From an uncultured Gammaproteobacteria bacterium (GTDB taxonomy: Bacteria > Patescibacteriota > Microgenomatia > UBA8517): DNA of 64,000 nt. Positions 57,337 through 64,000 of this stretch are shown here, piece after piece. The notes beneath the pieces are model-generated. The model saw nothing but the letters and a program-made list of their open reading frames with translations, did not search any database and was not told where the DNA came from. The DNA lies in contig CAZPLB010000001.1 in NCBI GenBank assembly GCA_964587425.1, forward strand, positions 145,518-209,517. Direction: 5' to 3'. The position numbers were made by a program, and so were the translations under genes. Within the stretch, counting starts at the first letter, position 1. The number at the start of each line of letters is the position of its first letter.

Positions 57337-57639
57337 TTATTCTTTTTTTTTGAGTTGAGGACAAAAATCAGGAGCTGGACCCGCCGATATTCCAATTTTA
57401 TCTGCAACTATTTGTTTTTTTCCTTTCCACGGTCCTTCTGATTGGGCAATATATGAACCGATTACTATTCCACCTATGTAGCCATTTTTTTGATCTCTAT
57501 TAACCCAACATGTTAGCTGTATTGCCTCTTTCTTTGCGTTTTTTCCTGAGACTGTTTTATGGAGTTCTTGATTGACAACGCTATTTGCGAAGATGCAATT
57601 TTTACATTCTGAGAAAGAGTATTTGATTTCTGTGCTCAT
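57337..57639 (-). CDS. Hypothetical Cys-containing protein (orphan)
   Basis: CKNC plus two further Cys; start MSTEIK preferred. Confidence 0.55.
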   Translation of the reverse strand: MSTEIKYSFSECKNCIFANSVVNQELHKTVSGKNAKKEAIQLTCWVNRDQKNGYIGGIVIGSYIAQSEGPWKGKKQIVADKIGISAGPAPDFCPQLKKKE

Positions 57640-57694
57640 TAAGAGTTTTATAACAACATGTGGAAGAAGTGTCAATTTAGGCTATAATTGCCTC

Positions 57695-59035
57695 ATGACA
57701 GGCAATGATGTTAGAGAAAAATATTTAAAATTTTTTGAAAAAAGAGGGCATAAAATAATAGCTCCCTCCCCTCTTGTTTTGAAAGATGATCCTACTACTT
57801 TATTTACATCAGCTGGAATGCAGCCATTGGTTCCATATCTTATGGGTAAGATTCATCCAGATGGGGTTAGATTAGTTGATTCACAGCCTTCATTTAGATC
57901 ACAAGATATTGAGGAGGTTGGAGATAATCGACACACAACACTTTTTGAAATGCTTGGGAATTGGAGTTTAGGAGATTATTTCAAGAAGGATCAGATACCT
58001 TGGTTCTGGGAATATTTAACAAAAGAGTTGGGGCTTCCCAAAGAAAAATTGTATGTATCTATCTTCGAAGGGAATGAAACAGTTGATAGAGATGATGAGT
58101 CGTACAATCTTTGGTTGTCTGTTGGGGTTACAAAAGATCACATTTTTGAATATGGAGTAAAAAAGAATTGGTGGAGCCGAGCTGGTACACCCGACCAAAT
58201 GCCTAATGGTGAAATTGGCGGGCCATCATCTGAGGTTTTCTTTGAATTCGATGGTGTAGAACATGACAAAAAGTATGGTGAAACATGTCATCCAAATTGT
58301 GATTGTGGGAGATTTCTTGAAATTGGAAACTCTGTTTTTATGCTTTACAAAAAAGAAAATGGAAAATTGGTTGAACTACCAAAGAAGAATGTTGATTTTG
58401 GTGGTGGGCTTGAGAGACTAACTGCTGCAACAAATAATGATCCAGATGTTTTCAAGACTGATTTATTCTGGCCGATTATTGAGGAGATTGAAAAGGTTTC
58501 TGGAAAGAAATATGAAGGTAATGAAGCTTCGATGAGGGTTATTGCAGATCATATTAAAGCATCCACTTTTTTGATTCATGATGGGGTTATTCCTTCAAAT
58601 AAATTACATGGGTATGTTTTGAGGAGGTTACTGAGAAGGGCTGCGATTAAAGCTTATTTGATGGACAATGATTTTGGTACTGGAGAGCATTTCCAATTTT
58701 TGGTTGAAAGTGTGGTTAAAATATATAGTTTTGTTTATTTAGACAATATTAATTTGGATGCTATTAAAAAAGAAGTTGATATTGAAATACGAAAGTTTAG
58801 AAAGAATGTTCAAAGTGGACTTACAAAAATTGATCAGATATTTCAAAACAGAGATGACATAAATGGTGAGCAAGCATTTGAATTGGTCGCGACCTACGGT
58901 TTCAATATAGAGTTACAAATAGAAGAGGCATCCAAGAGAGGTAAAACAGTGGATGTGAAAGGATTTGAGGAGCAGATGTTGAAGCATCAGGAATTATCTC
59001 GCAAATCTTCACAAGATAAATTTAAAATTAAGTAA
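57695..59035 (+). CDS. alaS: Alanyl-tRNA synthetase, aminoacylation module only
   Basis: DPTTLFTSAGMQP, RHTTLFEMLGNWS, DFGGGLER, IADH, GYVLRRLLRR, TYGF; ends at about 446 aa. Confidence 0.93.
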   Translation: MTGNDVREKYLKFFEKRGHKIIAPSPLVLKDDPTTLFTSAGMQPLVPYLMGKIHPDGVRLVDSQPSFRSQDIEEVGDNRHTTLFEMLGNWSLGDYFKKDQIPWFWEYLTKELGLPKEKLYVSIFEGNETVDRDDESYNLWLSVGVTKDHIFEYGVKKNWWSRAGTPDQMPNGEIGGPSSEVFFEFDGVEHDKKYGETCHPNCDCGRFLEIGNSVFMLYKKENGKLVELPKKNVDFGGGLERLTAATNNDPDVFKTDLFWPIIEEIEKVSGKKYEGNEASMRVIADHIKASTFLIHDGVIPSNKLHGYVLRRLLRRAAIKAYLMDNDFGTGEHFQFLVESVVKIYSFVYLDNINLDAIKKEVDIEIRKFRKNVQSGLTKIDQIFQNRDDINGEQAFELVATYGFNIELQIEEASKRGKTVDVKGFEEQMLKHQELSRKSSQDKFKIK

Positions 59036-59080
59036 TAAATTGTGCATCAATCCCCCTTTAAGTGATAGAATGTTTTTAAT

Positions 59081-61135
59081 ATGAAGGAGTACTTCTGGAG
59101 TCTTGTTATCGATGAAGAGTGGGTGCAGGCTTCTATCTGGACTATTGAGAAAAATGATGGTGATGAAGCGGGTAAGGGAGCAACTTCTGTTAAGTTTGTA
59201 TCAGAACCTATTGCATATGGAGGAGAGGCTGATTTGGTTTCGGCATCTGATAGTGCATTATCCTCTATTGCAAGACAACTTCCAGAGGATGCAGAGGAAC
59301 CATCAAAAACTGTTTTTGGGGTAAATCCTGCCTGGGTTGAAGGAGGTCAAATTGTTCGGGAACACTTGGATGATATACGCCTTCTCTGTAGTAAGCTTTC
59401 TTTGAATCCTGTTGGATTTGTTGTTTTGCCTGAGGCTATTGCTCACTTTGCAACACAGGAGGAAGGGGCACCACTGAGTGGGGTTGTGGTTGGTATTGGT
59501 GAGACAGCCTTGGATGTTAGTGTATTTCGTCTTGGAAACTTGGTTGGGACAGTAAACGTTAGCCGCAGCAACTCAGTCAGTGATGATTTAGTTGAAGGCC
59601 TTACTCGCTTTGGTCCAGGAGATCCCTTTCCTTCAAGATTTTTACTGTATGATTCCAGACTTGCCAATTTGGAGGAGGCCAAACAGGAACTTATTAAATA
59701 TGATTGGATGCACAATGAAAAACTGAAATTTTTGCATACTCCACAGGTTGATGTAGTGACACCACGGGACAAAATGATTGCAGTTTCATTTGCTGGAGCG
59801 TTTGAAATGGCTGGAGTGAAGGATGTTATTTTTGCAAAGAAGGAAAATGTTGCCAATCTTGGCCCACATGATGCAAACATGGATGAGGTTTTGGTTGAAG
59901 CTGATGAAATGGGTTTTGCATCAGGAAGGGATGTTAGTTTGGAAAATGGAAATGGAGAGACAAGAACAGCAAGAGCTCTCCCCTTTCTGAAAAAACCATC
60001 TGTATTTAATGGTCGAAAGATGACTCTACCTGGTTTTCATTTTGGTTCGCGTTTTATTGGTGTTAATGGAGATGAGAAACTGGCACTAATAATTATTGGT
60101 ATCCTTTCACTTTTATTAGTGCTGATTGCTGCTTGGTGGTTTTTGCCAAAATCTATAGTTGCCATTACTGTAGTTCCAAAGAAATTGGAATTCAAAAAGA
60201 AACTAGATTTGAAAACACTTGCTGGCAGGACAATTAGCACGAGTGTTAGTGGGGACAAAACTAGGTCTTCGTCTGGGACAAAGACCATTGGTCAATCTGC
60301 TAAGGGACAAGTTGATGTTGAAAATGGAACAGCTAGTGAAATTTCAGTTCCTGCAAATACACAGATTGCTACATCAAATGGATTGAAGTTTACAACAGAC
60401 ACTTCTTTGACTGTTCCTGCTGCAGCTTCCCCGCATAGTCCTGGAGTTGCAGGGGTAGCTGTTACTGCAGCTGGTTTTGGATCTGATTACAACTTGGCAA
60501 AAGGTGAAACATTTCAAGTAGGGACTCATTCCAAACTTGAAGTGGATGCGGTTGCGACGAGCGACTTTTCTGGAGGCAGCAGTCAGGAAGTTGTTGCGGT
60601 TTCGAAAGACGATCTGAAATCGTTACTCGATAGTTTGACTAGTGATCTAGTTGAAAAGGGAAAGAGTGAAATGACTGGAAAGGTTTCGGAAGATGAAGTT
60701 TTAGTTGAAAGCACTTTGATTGCAACACCTTCCTCCAAACTTTTTGACCACAGTGCTGGGGATGAAGCGTCAAGCGTCAAGCTCACTGAAAAAGTAAACG
60801 TGACTGCAACTGTTGTTTCAAAAGCAACACTCCTTGAAATGGCGAGAAGTTCTGTTGGGACAATTCCTACTGGGTATGAATTTAATGATGATTCTGTTGC
60901 CTTTAGTTTTGAGAAAACTGATATTAAATTTACAATTAACCTCGTTCCAAAGATTGACAAGGATTCATTGGCAAAAAAGATAGCAGGCTTTCGACCTGTT
61001 GCTGTCAGGGGAATTTTGGCTAGCTTACCTGGATTCCAGTCGGCTGAGATTAATACAACTCCCACCCTTCCAGGTTTTCTTGGAACCCTGCCACATGTGG
61101 CTCGAAATATAAAGATTGAAATAGTTACTGAATGA
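59081..61135 (+). CDS. FtsA/PilM-like cytoplasmic domain + TM + baseplate J-like extracellular domain
   Basis: GFVVLPEAIA..GVVVGIGETALDVSVF; TM near aa 335-355; AKGQV..N..VPANT..GLKFTT..GSDYN..FSGG. Confidence 0.65.
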   Translation: MKEYFWSLVIDEEWVQASIWTIEKNDGDEAGKGATSVKFVSEPIAYGGEADLVSASDSALSSIARQLPEDAEEPSKTVFGVNPAWVEGGQIVREHLDDIRLLCSKLSLNPVGFVVLPEAIAHFATQEEGAPLSGVVVGIGETALDVSVFRLGNLVGTVNVSRSNSVSDDLVEGLTRFGPGDPFPSRFLLYDSRLANLEEAKQELIKYDWMHNEKLKFLHTPQVDVVTPRDKMIAVSFAGAFEMAGVKDVIFAKKENVANLGPHDANMDEVLVEADEMGFASGRDVSLENGNGETRTARALPFLKKPSVFNGRKMTLPGFHFGSRFIGVNGDEKLALIIIGILSLLLVLIAAWWFLPKSIVAITVVPKKLEFKKKLDLKTLAGRTISTSVSGDKTRSSSGTKTIGQSAKGQVDVENGTASEISVPANTQIATSNGLKFTTDTSLTVPAAASPHSPGVAGVAVTAAGFGSDYNLAKGETFQVGTHSKLEVDAVATSDFSGGSSQEVVAVSKDDLKSLLDSLTSDLVEKGKSEMTGKVSEDEVLVESTLIATPSSKLFDHSAGDEASSVKLTEKVNVTATVVSKATLLEMARSSVGTIPTGYEFNDDSVAFSFEKTDIKFTINLVPKIDKDSLAKKIAGFRPVAVRGILASLPGFQSAEINTTPTLPGFLGTLPHVARNIKIEIVTE

Positions 61136-61800
61136 TGATGCATAAAAAAATATTAGTTCGGATTTGTGCGGTTGTTTGCGCCCTTAGCGGGGTTATGATT
61201 TTGGTGTGGATAATGTTTCCAATTATCAAGTATAGAATTGAGAATAAAGTTTCTGGAAGTTATATGTCTGGGGTTCCAGATACAGAGAAATATTTGGATG
61301 ATACAAAAGCCAGCAATTGGTTTCCAGGCGGAAAGAAGGCGGATGATTTTGGGAAAAGCAGTGTTGGCTATTACACAATTTCTATACCTACACTTCGGAT
61401 TAAGGATGCAACTGTTTCTGTTGGAGGAGAGAACTTGAATGATTCATTAATTCAATATCCGGGGACTGCGCTTCCTGGACAAAAAGGGAATACTACTATT
61501 TTTGGCCATTCAGTATTGCCTGCTTTTAATAATCCAAGTGATTACCACAGAATTTTTTCAATGCTTCCAACTATTCAAGATGGGGATTTGATTGAAGTTG
61601 AATATGATGGGGTTAGCTACAGATACAGAGTTGAAGACAAAGTTGTTGTGAAGCCAACAGATCTTTCAATTCTGGAACAAGACTTGAGCGATTCATTTCT
61701 AACTCTTGTTACGTGTGTTCCACCAGGGGACCCTTCACTTCCCTTTAGACAAGTAATTAGGGCAAGGATTGTTCCGCTGACTGTTAGTTATGGAAATTAA
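61132..61800 (+). CDS. Sortase
   Basis: TM, YPGTALPG..GN..IFGHS, LTLVTC, catalytic R (FRQVIRA). Confidence 0.92.
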   Translation: MMMHKKILVRICAVVCALSGVMILVWIMFPIIKYRIENKVSGSYMSGVPDTEKYLDDTKASNWFPGGKKADDFGKSSVGYYTISIPTLRIKDATVSVGGENLNDSLIQYPGTALPGQKGNTTIFGHSVLPAFNNPSDYHRIFSMLPTIQDGDLIEVEYDGVSYRYRVEDKVVVKPTDLSILEQDLSDSFLTLVTCVPPGDPSLPFRQVIRARIVPLTVSYGN

Positions 61801-61805
61801 AAAAT

Positions 61806-62210
61806 ATGGAAGATAAAGTAATGAATTCTAGAATAATTTTGGGAATTGATTTTGGGTTGAGGAAAATGGGGGTTTCGTTTGCTACCTCAAACTTGGCTGA
61901 ACCATACATGGTTATTAGATATGCTGATATTGATGGAGCTTTGGAGAGAGTGAAAAAAGTTGTAATGGAAGAGAAGGCTGGGGCGATTGTGATTGGAATT
62001 AGTGATGGAGAGATTGCAAAGAAGGCTAAAGAGTTTGGAAAACTATTGAAGAAAGAACTGAAACTGCCAGTTTACTTTTTTGATGAAACATTGAGTACCC
62101 AGGATGCACAGAGAATGGCGATTGAAGCTAATATGAAACGCAGTAAGAGAAGAAAGCTTGAGGATGCGTTTGCAGCTTCTGTTATGCTACAGAATTACTT
62201 GGATAGTTGA
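61806..62210 (+). CDS. ruvX: YqgF/RuvX family RNase H-fold nuclease
   Basis: ILGIDFGLRKMG, DETLST, DAFAASVMLQNYLD. Confidence 0.92.
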   Translation: MEDKVMNSRIILGIDFGLRKMGVSFATSNLAEPYMVIRYADIDGALERVKKVVMEEKAGAIVIGISDGEIAKKAKEFGKLLKKELKLPVYFFDETLSTQDAQRMAIEANMKRSKRRKLEDAFAASVMLQNYLDS

Positions 62211-62241
62211 ATAATGTAGCTTATTAGTTTAGAATTGAAAG

Positions 62242-62427
62242 ATGTTTAAAAATGTAATTTCTCCAATACAGGCATGGCTACTTTCTCAGGGCAAATGTGT
62301 AGGGTGCGGGATGCCTCTTTCAAAGGGTAAAGTGAATGGGAATAAAGTAACCTGCAAGTGCGGTCGAATTTATGTTCGCGACAGTAAAACAAACAAGTAT
62401 CGCAGGGCTCTTCTTGAGGAAGTATAA
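62242..62427 (+). CDS. Small zinc-ribbon protein
   Basis: CVGC...CKCG; TAGAAT 6 nt upstream. Confidence 0.7.
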   Translation: MFKNVISPIQAWLLSQGKCVGCGMPLSKGKVNGNKVTCKCGRIYVRDSKTNKYRRALLEEV

Positions 62428-62435
62428 TTAAAAAA

Positions 62436-63401
62436 GTGAAAAAACTTGTTTTGCTAGTTTTTGCCTTCATTCTTCTTGGTGTCGTTGGCTTAATTTGGTT
62501 TGTATCAAGCATCTCAGCCTTGAATAGCGACAAGAACTTAAGGCGTTTTATTGTTCAAAAGGGGGAGACGGCTACAATGATTGGAACCAACTTGCAGGAT
62601 GAAGGTTTTATAAAAAGCGCTATTGCCTTCAGAATTTATGCACAGGTAACACAGTCTGCAAAAAACATTAAGCCTGGAGAGTATGATCTTTCTTCAAACC
62701 TATCAATTCGTCAGATTACAGCTAAATTATTAGAAGGTCCTACTGAGATGTGGGTAACTCTTCCTGAGGGGTTAAGGAGGGAGGAGATTGCTTTGCGGTT
62801 TGTTGAGAGTTTTGGTTTGAGGGGAAAAGTTGCAGATGATTTCTACGATTCTTTTTTAGAATTGACCGTTGGGCAGGAAGGATATCTTTTTCCTGACACA
62901 TATTTATTTCCAAAGGATGCGACTCCCTCAATTGTTGTGAAGGCAATTAGGGCAACGTATGATGCGAGAGTTACATTTGGAGTTACAAAAGAACAACTCA
63001 TTATGGCTTCAATTTTAGAGAGGGAGACAATCACAGATGAAGAGAGACCAACTGTTGCAGGAATTCTTTACAAGAGATTAAATGCAGGTTGGCCGTTGCA
63101 GGCTGATGCAACTGTGCAATATGCAGTTGCAACTTCTGTTTGCAGAGCAAACCCAATGACTTGTAAGTGGTGGGAACCAGCAGGGCATGATGACCTCGCT
63201 ATTAATTCTCCCTATAACACATATAAATTTCCTGGGATTCCACCAGCTCCAATATGCAACCCAGGACTATCTTCTTTGAAGGCTGCAGTTAATCCAGTTG
63301 AATCTGACTATTGGTACTACCTTCATGACAGTACTGGGGTTATTCATTATGCAGTAACACTTGAAGAACAGAATGCTAATGTGGTGAAGTATTTGGATTA
63401 G
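62436..63401 (+). CDS. mltG: Endolytic transglycosylase MltG
   Basis: TLPEGL, EGYLFPDTY, MASILERE, LQADAT, SPYNTY, PICNPG. Confidence 0.95.
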   Translation: MKKLVLLVFAFILLGVVGLIWFVSSISALNSDKNLRRFIVQKGETATMIGTNLQDEGFIKSAIAFRIYAQVTQSAKNIKPGEYDLSSNLSIRQITAKLLEGPTEMWVTLPEGLRREEIALRFVESFGLRGKVADDFYDSFLELTVGQEGYLFPDTYLFPKDATPSIVVKAIRATYDARVTFGVTKEQLIMASILERETITDEERPTVAGILYKRLNAGWPLQADATVQYAVATSVCRANPMTCKWWEPAGHDDLAINSPYNTYKFPGIPPAPICNPGLSSLKAAVNPVESDYWYYLHDSTGVIHYAVTLEEQNANVVKYLD

Positions 63402-63717
63402 GATATACCGAAATCTTTGATTTTGAGTCAATTGTTAAAATATCTATTCTACCTGCATTATCTATTTCAAGTACAAAGATTTGATGTCCATCACCGTTTC
63501 TGATTTCTCGACGCATTTCCCAATAAAATTCGCTCAATCTTGCGGTATCTATGATAAATGGTCCGTTCAAAGTCAAGGTGAAATTACTGTTGTCTATGCA
63601 ACTGAACCATAATTTAGTGTCTCCAGTACCCGCTTCAAAACCTCCTTGCATCTCAGAGTCTGGGTTTTGGATTAATGCAAGTTCTCCTCCGTCCTTTGTC
63701 TCAAGTAATCTGGCCAT
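63376..63717 (-). CDS. Hypothetical protein (orphan)
   Basis: 113-aa ORF with TAAAAT 6 nt upstream. Confidence 0.55.
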   Translation of the reverse strand: MARLLETKDGGELALIQNPDSEMQGGFEAGTGDTKLWFSCIDNSNFTLTLNGPFIIDTARLSEFYWEMRREIRNGDGHQIFVLEIDNAGRIDILTIDSKSKISVYPNPNTSPH

Positions 63718-63768
63718 TAAGGCATTTTAATTTATTACTTTCCTTTGTCAAGATGTTATAATTTCTTA

Positions 63769-64000
63769 ATGCCAAAGAGAAACGGTTTTACTCCAATAAT
63801 TGTACTTGTTGTAATTTTACTTGTGGTTGGTGGGATTTGGTTGGGAATATCAAAAGTTAGACAAAATCAAAATATAAACCCAGTTTCTTCTCCCGTTCCA
63901 ACAGTTGATACTTCGAACTGGAAGACATACACAAATGAAAATTATAATTTTTTGTTCAAATATCCTAATGATTGGAAAAAGTCTGCAAATGATTCAGATT
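63769..64000 (+). CDS. Pilin-like (G|FTP) exported protein, paralog, truncated by the window edge
   Basis: Not in the ORF track; translates MPKRNGFTPIIVLVVILLVVGGIWLG...PVPTVDTSNWKTYTNENYNFLFKYPNDW. Confidence 0.75.
   Translation, partial: MPKRNGFTPIIVLVVILLVVGGIWLGISKVRQNQNINPVSSPVPTVDTSNWKTYTNENYNFLFKYPNDWKKSANDSD

Noticed and set aside
57655-57676. Possible third degenerate copy of the 28-bp repeat (ATGTGGAAGAAGTGTC)
   Set aside because: Similarity is too low to separate from chance in purine-rich DNA.
59081-61135. Prophage suggested by the baseplate J-like domain
   Set aside because: No terminase, capsid, tail or integrase genes; the domain is fused to a TM protein among housekeeping genes.
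1-64000. Alternative genetic code (UGA read-through as in Gracilibacteria/Absconditabacteria)
   Set aside because: Conserved genes are full length under code 11 and several end in TGA (for example nusA and ruvX).

Overview
AT-rich, densely coding bacterial chromosome segment. Gene content and style (short housekeeping proteins, FemABX/LCP/MurJ/MltG wall genes, PilN/PilO, many GT-C glycosyltransferases, a sortase, many orphans) point by inference to Patescibacteria/CPR, probably Microgenomates. Core genes: groEL (3' part), tRNA-Cys, metG, rmuC, two UvrD-family helicases, rpsT, murJ, hrcA-grpE-dnaK-dnaJ, nusA-infB, rpsO-pnp, Lon-like AAA+, UDG, rnj, ftsK, rodZ-like, short alaS, sortase, ruvX, mltG. 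No integrase, transposase, CRISPR array or rRNA was seen. Main observations: (1) pervasive -10 box + about 6 nt + start codon architecture (leaderless mRNAs), which allows abutting or overlapping divergent genes; (2) a single TraB/Tiki-like gene flanked by an exact 28-bp duplication of the neighbouring gene's 3' end; (3) a dispersed four-member family of pilin-like (G|FTP) proteins with constant ends and a variable core; (4) a pilNO-linked cluster of Cys/Pro/Thr-rich surface proteins with sortase-like tails beside a double GT-C/PMT; (5) an FtsA/PilM-like + TM + baseplate-J-like fusion coupled to a sortase; (6) candidate cis-regulatory RNAs ahead of an M23 peptidase, nusA and rpsO, plus three CIRCE sites. 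All calls come from reading motifs by eye; no searches were run.
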